From an uncultured Methanosarcinales archaeon (lineage in GTDB: Archaea > Nanobdellota > Nanobdellia > Woesearchaeales > CAYVYK01), in NCBI GenBank assembly GCA_964455675.1, contig CAYVYK010000003.1, positions 62,001-126,000 on the forward strand: a stretch of DNA of 64,000 nucleotides. Reading direction: 5' to 3'. Of the stretch, positions 39,342-49,393 are shown piece by piece. Under the pieces are notes generated by a model. It had not been told where the DNA came from. It did no database searches and worked only from the letters and a program-made list of their open reading frames with translations. The position numbers and the translations under genes are program-made. Position 1 is the stretch's first letter; the number at the start of each line of letters is the position of its first letter.

Positions 39342-39887
39342 CTATTCTTCAGTCAAGAACTTCTTCACCTGCTGCAATGCGCGTATGCGATGACTGTCCT
39401 CTGACTTCTCTTTTGTGCTCATCTCACCAAACGTCTTATCTGATCCCTTTGGGAGGAAAATCGCGTCCCAACCTTTCGTCCCAAAATTATTTGAGCCGCG
39501 CGGAGCGACAATTTTTCCCTCGATGGAGCCGGAGAAAATTCTGACATTGCCCGTTTTGTCGGCATAACCAATGAAGCATGTTGCGGTTGCTCCCTTCTCA
39601 TCAAAATCCAGAAGCATCCGGTGCACTCCTGAATTGCCGACATTATCCAGAAAGTGACGAATGTAGATTCCAGGCAGGTCCTTCCATGCATGAATAAAGA
39701 GACCTGTGTCATCAACCAAGACTGGTTCCTTCAGACGGTTAAAAGCCTGCCGCACCTTCCCCCGCACCACTTCCTCTGCAGTACCCTGTATCTCATCTAA
39801 TTCCAGATGTACCTGCTCAATTCGTATTGGATGCAAAAAACTCTGAAATTCCTCAAGCTTATGCTTGTTTGTCGTGACGAGCTTCAT
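39342..39887 (-). CDS. Non-canonical purine NTP pyrophosphatase (Ham1/ITPase)
   Basis: TTN.HK..E, DDTGL, PG.YI, GWD.IF, SHR.RA. Confidence 0.93.
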   Translation of the reverse strand: MKLVTTNKHKLEEFQSFLHPIRIEQVHLELDEIQGTAEEVVRGKVRQAFNRLKEPVLVDDTGLFIHAWKDLPGIYIRHFLDNVGNSGVHRMLLDFDEKGATATCFIGYADKTGNVRIFSGSIEGKIVAPRGSNNFGTKGWDAIFLPKGSDKTFGEMSTKEKSEDSHRIRALQQVKKFLTEE

Positions 39888-39941
39888 AGGCTATTGTAAG
39901 ATCACATTATATTTATATGTTCAGATGGTTTATGCATCAGC

Positions 39942-40637
39942 ATGGAGCGAGTCCAAAAAATCATTGCGCATGCTGGAATCTGCAGCAGGCGAAAGGCGGA
40001 AGACCTCATAATGGCCGGGAAAGTGCTCGTGAATGGGAAGCCGATCAAAATCGGGGACCAGGCCGAAGCTGGAAAAGACATGATAACAGTCGATGGAAAA
40101 AAACTAGCGCTCGAACGCAAACGGTACTTTGTTCTCTATAAACCAAAAGGGTGCCTCTGTACCGTCGGAGAATTCTATGGCAAGCGAACAATCTTTGACT
40201 TCATCTCCGTTCCAGAGCGCATCTATCCTGTTGGAAGGCTTGATTATGACACTGAGGGACTGCTCCTCCTCACGAATGATGGAGACTTCGCAAACCGAAT
40301 CATGCATCCCCGCCACGAAGTGCGTAAAGTGTACGCTGTGCATCTTGACAGGCCTCTCTTCAAGGAAGATTTTCTTACGCTCCGCAAGGGAATCATGGTC
40401 GATGGGCGGACAAGCGCGCCAGACAGTATCAGAACGAAAGGAACGCATGTCCTTCTCACACTGCACGAGGGGCGAAAGCACATCGTCAAGAAAATATTTC
40501 GAGAACTCGGCTATCAAGTCCTTGGACTCAAGCGTGAATCACTCGGGCCGTTCCAACTTCGCGGCCTTGCGCCAGGACAGTACTACGAAGTTCGCCCAGA
40601 ACAGTTGCATAGAATGGGCTTACTTGTGCATTCGTGA
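39942..40637 (+). CDS. RsuA/RluB-family rRNA pseudouridine synthase with S4 domain
   Basis: ERVQK.IA.AG.CSRRKAE, PVGRLDYDTEGLLLLTNDG, EGRKH.V. Confidence 0.95.
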   Translation: MERVQKIIAHAGICSRRKAEDLIMAGKVLVNGKPIKIGDQAEAGKDMITVDGKKLALERKRYFVLYKPKGCLCTVGEFYGKRTIFDFISVPERIYPVGRLDYDTEGLLLLTNDGDFANRIMHPRHEVRKVYAVHLDRPLFKEDFLTLRKGIMVDGRTSAPDSIRTKGTHVLLTLHEGRKHIVKKIFRELGYQVLGLKRESLGPFQLRGLAPGQYYEVRPEQLHRMGLLVHS

Positions 40638-40844
40638 GGCGACCTTAGGAGCAAGCTTGTCTTGCTTTCTTCGGTTGAAACGCATAAACATATCGATGCG
40701 CTTCTCGTTGTCCATCTTGAACTGGTTCTCCTCAGGAGACTTGATTCCCATGGCTTCCTTTGCGCGCTCATCAATACTTTGCGTTTTGGCCTTGTACCCT
40801 TCTGGCTTCTGCTTAACTTTCTTCTTGGATTTTTTCTTGCTCAT
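40620..40844 (-). CDS. Small basic hypothetical protein
   Basis: Lys/Arg-rich 74 aa from ATG 40844; TATA-like box upstream. Confidence 0.65.
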   Translation of the reverse strand: MSKKKSKKKVKQKPEGYKAKTQSIDERAKEAMGIKSPEENQFKMDNEKRIDMFMRFNRRKQDKLAPKVASRMHK

Positions 40845-40930
40845 ATGAATCGTTACTTTGAGGACAAGCACCGGTTTTTAAACTTTTTGAAGAAAGAGAT
40901 ATTAACTACCAATGCCTCATCTATCCCTTC

Positions 40931-41473
40931 ATGAAGACATCACCCCGGGAGGAACATAACCACCATAATCCTTTACAGACCGCATCCTACTATAATGCCA
41001 TCTCACCAGGATATGACGCCCTGTACCATGCAGAACAAACCGAGAAAGTGGATCTCCTCAAGGAAATGGTCACCCATTTTGGGCTCCTTTACCCAAACGA
41101 CACCATCCTTGACGTTGGCTGCGGAACCGCGATATCAAGCAGGGGATGGGGAAGGCGAGTTGTCGGAGTTGATGTGGCACTTGAACTGCTCCAGAAAGCT
41201 GGAGATGGAATATTCGTGAACGCAGAAGCAGAACACCTGCCATTTCGTGACAAAACCTTTGATGTTGTTATCAGTGTCACAGCACTGCAGAACTTCCATG
41301 ACATCTCGCGGGGTCTGCACGAAATACGTCGAGTAGGGAGGCGACTCTATATCCTCACATATCTCAAACGAAGCGGAAAAGCAAAGGCGATCGAAGGAAT
41401 GCTGCGCCAAATGTTCAAAGTAACACATACCGTGGAGCAGGAGAAGGACATGTTTTTTTTCTGCACGACGTAA
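40931..41473 (+). CDS. Class I SAM-dependent methyltransferase
   Basis: ILDVGCGT, VGVD, AE.LPF.D..FD. Confidence 0.92.
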   Translation: MKTSPREEHNHHNPLQTASYYNAISPGYDALYHAEQTEKVDLLKEMVTHFGLLYPNDTILDVGCGTAISSRGWGRRVVGVDVALELLQKAGDGIFVNAEAEHLPFRDKTFDVVISVTALQNFHDISRGLHEIRRVGRRLYILTYLKRSGKAKAIEGMLRQMFKVTHTVEQEKDMFFFCTT

Positions 41474-41530
41474 GTATTATATAAACAGTTGACTTCACAA
41501 CACCTGCACCACATGTGCGGGGGTGGCCGG

Positions 41531-42490
41531 ATGGACGCGGCTACGGTCAAGCGCATCAACGAGCTCGCCACATCGCTCAAGAGCAGCGGAATCTGTGCAT
41601 CCATGGCGAGCGCAGTCAAGATGGCAACAGATATCATCATGCGCACACATAAGACTACACCAAGCATGAAGGTTGCAACACGCGAGACACTTCTTGTTGT
41701 GAATGAACCCAAAGACAGCATCGTAATCCATCAGAATGACAAGCGGCCGCTTCGGGAGATTGCAGATGAGCCAGCCCACGATCCGATTGAGGACGAGCCT
41801 GATCTTGACCGATCCCTTGATGATCTCCCACCACTACCTGATGAACAACTCCGCGCGATAGAAGAATCAATACCATCATACGGTGAGGATGACTATTCAC
41901 TCATTGACATTGCTGAGGATGATACGGCTGAAGATGTCCTTCCTGATGATCAGACGGACGGACAGGCGCCTCCACTGGAATCAGATGCTGCATCCCCTAC
42001 TTTTGAACCTGCAGCGCCCGATACTCCCATGGAGGAGTCTGAATCCATCGCAGAACCTGGGGGTGACGAATCCCTGGCTGATGACACAGCTGACAAATCA
42101 TTACATACATTGATACCTGCTCAAGATTCTAGTGAGGACACCCATGAGGATGCATACGAACGGTATGCTGACTATCCTCGCTCATCTACTAACGCACCAT
42201 CGGAACCCCCCATTCTCACAGAGGACTCATCCCTGTTCATACCCCTCGATGAAGACATGGAAGGGGCAACTTTACCTCTAGAGACTCCTGCGGAAGAATT
42301 CGAGGATGACTATCCAGAAGAATTCCAAGAACCATTGGATCCACAGGCCTCCGAAAGCCAGAACGAGGAATTGGATGCACCTCTTGATACCATCACTCCT
42401 GTGGATGAGCTTGAATCAGAGGATTCCGTATCTCAAGAAGATACTTCTGAGGAATCAGCCGAAACGGACGAATCATCTGAAAACCGATAG
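41531..42490 (+). CDS. Acidic, largely disordered hypothetical protein
   Basis: Helical N-terminus (KRINELA..LK..G) then a long D/E/P/S-rich tail; GGGGTG SD before ATG 41531. Confidence 0.75.
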   Translation: MDAATVKRINELATSLKSSGICASMASAVKMATDIIMRTHKTTPSMKVATRETLLVVNEPKDSIVIHQNDKRPLREIADEPAHDPIEDEPDLDRSLDDLPPLPDEQLRAIEESIPSYGEDDYSLIDIAEDDTAEDVLPDDQTDGQAPPLESDAASPTFEPAAPDTPMEESESIAEPGGDESLADDTADKSLHTLIPAQDSSEDTHEDAYERYADYPRSSTNAPSEPPILTEDSSLFIPLDEDMEGATLPLETPAEEFEDDYPEEFQEPLDPQASESQNEELDAPLDTITPVDELESEDSVSQEDTSEESAETDESSENR

Positions 42491-42630
42491 ATAAGAGTCC
42501 AATACCCCATTTCTCCGTCGACCCATCTTCTCTATCTGTATTATGGAGTATAACAATCTTTATATATGGCCTGTGACCACTTTTGAATAACAGCTCTGTT
42601 TTACGATTGCAAAAGAGTTAGGGTGGTACC

Positions 42631-44283
42631 ATGAAAAGAATCGCAACATTATTCGTTTTTCTGTTGGCGTTGGTAGTAAGTGTGAGTTCGGCTCTTGCCG
42701 TTGACCCAACGCTGAACACACCGATCTGCAATGCGCCTCATGCGTCATGCACATTCCCAGAGAATCAGACTATTAGTCTACTCTTAACAGTGACTGATGC
42801 CCCGTCCGCACCTGCTGAAAACCTGCAGTTTCGGGTTGCGGACATATCAGAAGCGTATGGTTCCAATCCACTTGGTACATTCTCGATTGGAGTCAACGAA
42901 GCAACTTGGAGTTACTCTCCGGGTTTTGACAGCATCCATCTCAACCGCCCAGTAACCGTTACGTTTGAAATCTTCAACTCAACAGATCCAAGCATTGATC
43001 AGGTTGTGAAGATTATCACAGCTTCAGACGTCAACCAGAACCCTGTTATTAGCGATATCGCAAATCAGAATGTGTTTGCTGGCGCAACCAGAAACATCCA
43101 ATCAGTGATCACCGATGGGGATGATGGCAGTGTGCCAACATCATTCAGTTGGGGCATCAATTCCGTGCCATTCCTCAGCTCAAGTGAACTCCAGATCAGC
43201 TCAAGCGGTCTTATCACCATCAAAACAAACGCCACAGGGGTCTACACGGTCACCGTTACAGCCACTGACGGCCTTGGAGGGGTAGATGCAGAACAATTCA
43301 CACTGACGATTACCCAGGAAGAAAGACTCCGCATCAAGGACGTCACTGCCGTTTACGGCACGAAGGATGACAGCGTTGATGACGGAGACAGTTTCGAAGC
43401 CACAGCAGGTGAAGCACTCGAATTCAAGGTTGAGGTAGAGAACCTCTTCTCGGATGATGACGATATCGACATTGAGGAATGCAAGATCACAATAACCATC
43501 GAAAATTTCGATGACGGTGATGATGAAAAGGAATCCTCGGACCGGTTCACTATCAAGGCAGATGACAACAAAGAAGAAACGATTACGTTCTCCAACATTC
43601 CGCTCGACATCGATGACGGAGACCACACCATCACGATCGAAGTGCGCGGAGAGAACGAAGATGACAATTCCATAGTCTATGAGGACCGATGGGATATTAC
43701 CATGGAGATTAACAAAGAAGATGAGGACCTCAAGTTTAGCAGTCTGGACCTCAACCCCACAGAGATCGGATGCGAACGTCAAGCGACCTTGAGTTTCACG
43801 CTCGAGAACGTCGGAACCGATGACGCAGACGATGACGGGGTATGGGTAACCATATACAACAGAGATCTTGGAATCTCACTTTTGGCGCTTGAAAGCGAAG
43901 AGCTTGACGCAGGAGATGACGTCCAGAAAAACGTCGTATTGAACATTCCCGCAGATCGCAAAACGGGATCCTATCCAATCGAAATGAAGGCATTCTTCAG
44001 TGACAGCGACTATCGAAGCAACGACGACCTTGACAAGGAGACAGTCTTCCTCACTATTGGAACGTGCGGCTCAACACCAACACCGCAACCGACAGTTGCC
44101 CCAACACCCGGAGTCATTGTCGTGACGCCAACCCCAACACCAGCGTTGCCAACACCTGCAAGCAACGTACCAGTAGTCACATATGAAGAGTCAAATAGCG
44201 GACTCATCGTTGCCGGACTCATTGTTGGCATCCTGATCGTGGTCGTGCTGATCATCTTCCTGATCGTGCGGCTCGTCAAGTAA
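42631..44283 (+). CDS. Cell-surface/S-layer-like multi-Ig-domain protein
   Basis: Signal peptide, cadherin-like and CARDB-like acidic beta domains, PT-rich linker, C-terminal TM helix. Confidence 0.8.
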   Translation: MKRIATLFVFLLALVVSVSSALAVDPTLNTPICNAPHASCTFPENQTISLLLTVTDAPSAPAENLQFRVADISEAYGSNPLGTFSIGVNEATWSYSPGFDSIHLNRPVTVTFEIFNSTDPSIDQVVKIITASDVNQNPVISDIANQNVFAGATRNIQSVITDGDDGSVPTSFSWGINSVPFLSSSELQISSSGLITIKTNATGVYTVTVTATDGLGGVDAEQFTLTITQEERLRIKDVTAVYGTKDDSVDDGDSFEATAGEALEFKVEVENLFSDDDDIDIEECKITITIENFDDGDDEKESSDRFTIKADDNKEETITFSNIPLDIDDGDHTITIEVRGENEDDNSIVYEDRWDITMEINKEDEDLKFSSLDLNPTEIGCERQATLSFTLENVGTDDADDDGVWVTIYNRDLGISLLALESEELDAGDDVQKNVVLNIPADRKTGSYPIEMKAFFSDSDYRSNDDLDKETVFLTIGTCGSTPTPQPTVAPTPGVIVVTPTPTPALPTPASNVPVVTYEESNSGLIVAGLIVGILIVVVLIIFLIVRLVK

Positions 44284-44291
44284 GGGAAACA

Positions 44292-44320
44292 TTTCTTTTT
44301 TTCCTATCTTTTTCTTCTTC
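44292..44320 (+). terminator. Oligo-T terminator after the surface-protein gene
   Basis: TTTCTTTTTTTCCTATCTTTTTCTTCTTC shortly after the stop codon. Confidence 0.6.
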
Positions 44321-44493
44321 ATTTATCTCATTCTACATACAGATTCAAGGCTATCATGGCAACAGGTACCAATCCAAGTACTCATAAGAACTTGTAGTTC
44401 AGTCGGAATAATAGTCTAGTATTGGAGCAGCTTCTCGGGGAGCAATCCCTGAATACACTCAAGACATTCTCAAGGTTCAGATTTCCGAGGGAG

Positions 44494-45756
44494 TTATATT
44501 CTTCCTCGGTCACGCTCAGCCTCAACCACTCGCGTCGCGGCAATCATGTATCCGGCCGTACGGAAATCAAGCCCGTGCTTCTTCACATACTCATCATAGA
44601 TCCTATGAAACACCGCCGTCATCTTTGCATCCAGCTTCTCGAACACTTCCTTCTCATCCCAATAATACCCTTGATTGTTCTGAACCCACTCAAAATAGCT
44701 CACGGTAACGCCGCCAGCGTTCGCCAGAATATCAGGCAGGACAACAATATCATTCTTCAGCAAGATCTGCTCTCCTGTCAGACTAATTGGTCCATTGGCA
44801 AGCTCAATAATCACTTTTGCCCTCACACTCTGTGCATTCCTCTCCGTAATCGCGTTCTCAAGCGCAGCAAGCGCGAGAATACCTACATCTAAGGTAAGAA
44901 GCTCATCGTTTGTGATGCCCCTAGCGCCCTCAAAGCCTTCAACCTTTCCCGTCCTTGCCTTGTGTTCAAGAAGAGCGGGAATGTCAAGGCCTGCAGGATC
45001 AAACACTGCCGACGTTGAATCTGACACGGCAATGATCTTGTATCCCCACATCGCAAGCTTTTTTGCGAGGAGGGATCCAGCGTTACCAAAACCCTGAATT
45101 GCAACTTTCGTCGTGAACGGACTTAAGTCATACACTTCCGCGGCCTCGCGCAAGATGAACGCAGCACCAAGAGATGTTGCCACATCACGGCCGCGACTTC
45201 CACCAAGGCTCAACGGTTTACCCGTAATCATACCAGGAAGGTGCTCCCCCTTAATCTTTTCATACTCATCAACCATCCAGCCCATCACTTGGGGTGAGGT
45301 GTACACATCAGGAGCAGGCACGTCCATTGTAGGGCCAATGAACCGATGAATCTGGCGGATGTACTCACGGGAAACATTCTCCAGCTCACGACGCGAAAAT
45401 TCCTTGGGATTAATCGCAATACCTCCCTTGCCACCCCCATAGGGGAGCTCCATCAAGGAACACTTGAGCGTCATCCAGAACGCGAGCGCATTCACCTCAT
45501 CAAGATTTACATCAGGGTGAAACCTGATACCCCCTTTTGCGGGACCGAGGGCGGTGTTGTATTGCACGCGATACGCACCGATCATCCTGATCGACCCATC
45601 ATCCATCCGCAACGGAAAGTTCACAAGAACCACCCTTTGCGGCTTGTGAAGAATATCAAAATCGCGTGCGTTCTTTTGAATCTTCAAATTCACCGCGGTT
45701 GCTGCAGCACGCCTAACTCGCTCAATAGCATCTTGAAATGGACTTGTTTGTTGCAT
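44494..45756 (-). CDS. gdhA: Glu/Leu/Phe/Val dehydrogenase (glutamate dehydrogenase)
   Basis: GPAKGGIRFHP, GGGKGG, DVPAPDV, IQGFGNAG, ANAGGVTVSYFEWVQN. Confidence 0.95.
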   Translation of the reverse strand: MQQTSPFQDAIERVRRAAATAVNLKIQKNARDFDILHKPQRVVLVNFPLRMDDGSIRMIGAYRVQYNTALGPAKGGIRFHPDVNLDEVNALAFWMTLKCSLMELPYGGGKGGIAINPKEFSRRELENVSREYIRQIHRFIGPTMDVPAPDVYTSPQVMGWMVDEYEKIKGEHLPGMITGKPLSLGGSRGRDVATSLGAAFILREAAEVYDLSPFTTKVAIQGFGNAGSLLAKKLAMWGYKIIAVSDSTSAVFDPAGLDIPALLEHKARTGKVEGFEGARGITNDELLTLDVGILALAALENAITERNAQSVRAKVIIELANGPISLTGEQILLKNDIVVLPDILANAGGVTVSYFEWVQNNQGYYWDEKEVFEKLDAKMTAVFHRIYDEYVKKHGLDFRTAGYMIAATRVVEAERDRGRI

Positions 45757-45893
45757 TGGAAATCCCCCGCCCCAAAAGTCCGCCTGTTTTTATTAAACTT
45801 TTCCTTATACCATCATAAGAGCACTCCGGCCGGAAAGATTCCGGTTTTTCCGAAAAAACTATTATTAGGCACTACCGATTACTCTGTTACATA

Positions 45894-46535
45894 ATGCTCC
45901 GGACTGACAACGTCAAGCGCATATCCTCGGGGACAACGGACTATCCGTTCGTGATCGACAAGCGCATGAACACCCTTGTGTGGAATGAGTTCTCGCGACT
46001 TTCCCCAGAGGAATGTGCAACGACAATCCACGCATGGATGCGCACCACCATCCGCTACGGAGTGAGCAGACGACAGAACGAAAACTACCGAAATTCGATC
46101 GAGGTATTCTACGACGGGGAAGGGGTATGCGGCGAGCAGGCAATCCTCTACATCACACTCGCAAGAGCCGCGGGCATACCAGCCAATTACACGATCGTCA
46201 AACGGAACTGCAATGGATCACGCACACTCCACGCGTGCTCAGCAGTCGACCTTGAAGGAGAACTCTTCCTTGTAGACACTGTCTATACCCACCCATTCAT
46301 CAACCACGCGAAGTATTATGTTCTTACGGACCAGCAGTTTTTTGAGCGATTCTACACCTATCGAGGAAGCGGACCGCGAGGGCGAAGCTATGGGCGGTAT
46401 GATCCACAAACCGGCGAGCGAATCGCGCGAAGTCCGCATAATCATGCATTCACGAAAGGATTTACGCGGGAAGCGGAGGATCTCATACGAAACCTTGAGG
46501 CAACCGTGGACCGAACATTCCGGGTGCGACGATGA
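45894..46535 (+). CDS. Transglutaminase-like domain protein
   Basis: G.CGEQA.L...LAR.AGI, HA, LVD (Cys-His-Asp triad). Confidence 0.85.
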   Translation: MLRTDNVKRISSGTTDYPFVIDKRMNTLVWNEFSRLSPEECATTIHAWMRTTIRYGVSRRQNENYRNSIEVFYDGEGVCGEQAILYITLARAAGIPANYTIVKRNCNGSRTLHACSAVDLEGELFLVDTVYTHPFINHAKYYVLTDQQFFERFYTYRGSGPRGRSYGRYDPQTGERIARSPHNHAFTKGFTREAEDLIRNLEATVDRTFRVRR

Positions 46536-47254
46536 GGAAAAGATGGTTTTCTACGCGAGACGCAAAGGCCGTCGTTGAACGAGTCACGACAGGCCTAGGC
46601 AACCTCACCGACAGGATCGAGGAACTCGAAAGCAACGAGCAACGCCGAGTGCGGAAAATACGACGAGCGATCGGGTACGGACTCGTGGTTGCAGCAATCA
46701 CCATACCTCTTGCCTGGTACTTTCGAACACACACAAACGAGATCACAAGCACACCACAGGCTCAAGCAGAACTCAAGGAAGCCCTTCATGAGCGCGAAGA
46801 GCTTCAGGCGTACCGCTATGAGGGAGGAAGGCCTGATGCTGACTATTACCGACTATACCACAGGTCCCTTCGGCACAATGAGCAGACCGAAAGACTGGAA
46901 GCGTGGGCCCGCAATGCGGTCGGAGCGCCCGAAGATCTTGTCAACCAATGCGTTTGGCTTGATCGCGACACGGACTCGCGAATCCTCAGATTATTCAGCA
47001 ACGAGATCTACGTACGACTGAACAAGACGAGCGAGAGGAACCGAGCTCACCAATCACAACACTCTGCAGACACCATCATGGGCATGCTACGGACGGCGCA
47101 GGATGACTTCGGACAGGATAGTGACCTGCACCGGGGGGCGATCAATCTGCTGTACCAAGAGTATATTTCACGACTGCGAGCACGACTCATGGGTACGGAC
47201 GCCACACGAGTACGAGAAGTCTTCGAGGGACTTGGATACACCTCGAGACCTTAG
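46532..47254 (+). CDS. Hypothetical single-pass membrane protein
   Basis: ATGA overlap with the upstream gene; coiled coil, one TM helix, helical C-terminal part. Confidence 0.7.
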   Translation: MRKRWFSTRDAKAVVERVTTGLGNLTDRIEELESNEQRRVRKIRRAIGYGLVVAAITIPLAWYFRTHTNEITSTPQAQAELKEALHEREELQAYRYEGGRPDADYYRLYHRSLRHNEQTERLEAWARNAVGAPEDLVNQCVWLDRDTDSRILRLFSNEIYVRLNKTSERNRAHQSQHSADTIMGMLRTAQDDFGQDSDLHRGAINLLYQEYISRLRARLMGTDATRVREVFEGLGYTSRP

Positions 47255-47901
47255 TATTCTATTCTACGCTCCCATGCGTCAAGCCGCTCAAGCACAGGAG
47301 CACGATCTGATTCACTCATGATCTCTTTCCACTCTTTATACTGGACCTTCTGACGAACCCGGTCGACGATCATCTGGCATACCTTCTTGTTGTAACCGAA
47401 CTTGTCCTCGAGAAAGCGAACCGTCGCGCACAATTCTCCCGAGGCACTGCGACTGAACGATGCCTTTGCTCCCTCTCGGTCTTTACTTGGAATCCTGTTC
47501 ATCGTGTACTTATACTCCATGAGAAAGGTACTGTATACACGATCCAGCTTTGCATCCACGAGCTTTCTCGTCGTGGCGAACAGCTTCTCCTCCTCATGCG
47601 AAGAATTCCATTCATACGTCTTACCCGTTGATTTACAGAAATCAAGAATGCACTGGTACCTCTCTGCCGTAACCGACATGACTCTGAGACGACTGTCAAT
47701 ACTCATCTGCTGCCATTCCCCAGGAGAACTGATCCGCTCATCCAATTTCCTACACAGATCATCAAAAACTTCCCGATCACTCTTTGTGCGCTCATACGCA
47801 ACAGGAACATCGGCCTGCTGCCAGTCTATATGGTCCCAGGCAGTCCAGACTCCATACCCAACAACAGCCGTTGTCAGAAGCGCTGCAAGCCCCTTCCTCA
47901 T
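47251..47901 (-). CDS. Hypothetical protein with an N-terminal signal/anchor
   Basis: MRK plus hydrophobic stretch; helical remainder. Confidence 0.7.
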   Translation of the reverse strand: MRKGLAALLTTAVVGYGVWTAWDHIDWQQADVPVAYERTKSDREVFDDLCRKLDERISSPGEWQQMSIDSRLRVMSVTAERYQCILDFCKSTGKTYEWNSSHEEEKLFATTRKLVDAKLDRVYSTFLMEYKYTMNRIPSKDREGAKASFSRSASGELCATVRFLEDKFGYNKKVCQMIVDRVRQKVQYKEWKEIMSESDRAPVLERLDAWERRIEY

Positions 47902-48006
47902 ATCATCTGTTAAGTAATTTCTGTTAATAATTCTTCCCTGATTGGCATCGCAAGATTTGCAACCGTCTGCAACATGTTTATAAACAAGTACTACCTAGAC
48001 GGATCC

Positions 48007-48654
48007 ATGGCCATCGAGGTCGCACTCTCCGTCATCCAATGGGTAGGAGGAATCATTCTCACATGGCTCAAGCTCTTTGCGGCCCCCATCCTTTACCCAG
48101 GAATGCTCTGGATCATCGTTCCAATATATCTCTCATGGATCGTTACTGAGTTCTATCAAGAAAAGCGAGGTACCAACTTTGGAAACGCTATCACGAACGG
48201 CGTCGTCATCCTTTGGGTCAGCATTGACTGGACACGCACGATGATTAACGGGAATCTTGCTTGGACTGGATCGACCATCCTTAAAATCGTCGTCATCACA
48301 TTCGTCTTCTTCTATGGCTTTGTGGTCGTATGGCATGGCATCCAAACACGCACATATGTTCATTACCTTGGCAAAATACGGAATGTCAGCTACGTCATGA
48401 TCATGCTCACGCCGCTCATGTACGGTGTCATACCCTTTACCTGGAAGCTCGTCCTAGGCATCATTGTCTTCTACCCCGTGTTCTACTACCTTGTGGAACT
48501 TGCGGACTATATCATACCAGACCCGAAAGCGGTAAAACTTGACGTCCAGGACATGAGGCCACGGCCTTACATGCCTCCGTACTCCCAAAGAACGCCCCTC
48601 CAGTTCGTCCAAAGGCCTATGGGACAGCCGCCGTATGCACGGAAAGCTTTTTAA
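48007..48654 (+). CDS. Conserved membrane protein
   Basis: WII.PIY..W...EFYQEK.GT.FGNAI.NG; several TM helices; start re-assigned to ATG 48007. Confidence 0.8.
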   Translation: MAIEVALSVIQWVGGIILTWLKLFAAPILYPGMLWIIVPIYLSWIVTEFYQEKRGTNFGNAITNGVVILWVSIDWTRTMINGNLAWTGSTILKIVVITFVFFYGFVVVWHGIQTRTYVHYLGKIRNVSYVMIMLTPLMYGVIPFTWKLVLGIIVFYPVFYYLVELADYIIPDPKAVKLDVQDMRPRPYMPPYSQRTPLQFVQRPMGQPPYARKAF

Positions 48655-48677
48655 ATGGACCCCATTTCCTTTAAACC

Positions 48678-48968
48678 ATGGTCGTACGCTTAGGAGGATC
48701 ACGACGGAAGTCACGGCATATCATGCTGAAGACTGCCCGTGAAAAGGGAAAAATCAGCATAGCACGATACTTCCAGACATTCAAGGAAGGAGAGAAAGTG
48801 CTTTTAAAGCTGGATTCTGCAGTACCAAAAGGCACATTCATCCCCCGCAGGTTCCAAGGAAAGATCGGGACAGTGAATGGCATGCAGGGAAAATGCTATA
48901 TGATACTTCTCTCTAGCGGGAAATCCGTCATTGTGCACCCCGCGCATCTTCGCAAGGTGGTAGCATGA
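48678..48968 (+). CDS. rpl21e: 50S ribosomal protein L21e
   Basis: G.RRKSR, F..GEKV, P.RFQGK.G.V, HPAHL. Confidence 0.95.
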   Translation: MVVRLGGSRRKSRHIMLKTAREKGKISIARYFQTFKEGEKVLLKLDSAVPKGTFIPRRFQGKIGTVNGMQGKCYMILLSSGKSVIVHPAHLRKVVA

Positions 48969-49318
48969 GCAAGGCAAAAGTCATCAGCGAAACATCCATC
49001 AACATCGTCCAACTCAAGGCAGAACTTGAGAAGATCCAGAAACGCGACGGGGAACTCAACTTCCGCTCGCAGCGAACAGACGAATACCTTTCGCAGTTCG
49101 TCAAAATCACCCCAAAGCAAGCATCTGAGCTCTACAAACAGATCGAAGAACTCAACATCCCAAGACTCAAGGATTTTCACATCCACAAAATCATCGACGT
49201 TATGCCAACAACCGTTGACGACCTGAAAGTTCTTCTGCAAGGGTACACGATCACCGTGAAGCAGGAAAACCTCAAGAAAATCACTGACCTTGTTGGAGAA
49301 GCTCTCGGGAAGAAATAA
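48965..49318 (+). CDS. rpoF: RNA polymerase subunit F (Rpo4)
   Basis: EL......T.EYL..F, KI.D.MP.T..DL; canonical position after rpl21e. Confidence 0.9.
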   Translation: MSKAKVISETSINIVQLKAELEKIQKRDGELNFRSQRTDEYLSQFVKITPKQASELYKQIEELNIPRLKDFHIHKIIDVMPTTVDDLKVLLQGYTITVKQENLKKITDLVGEALGKK

Positions 49319-49393
49319 ACTAACATATTCTCTCTCAGTTCTCCCCACATTTGCTCCCGAACATTTAAATAACTCCTGCGGTTTGCAGAATCC

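Noticed and set aside
44074..44160. CCAACACC-type repeats
   Set aside because: Explained by the Pro/Thr-rich linker of the surface protein.
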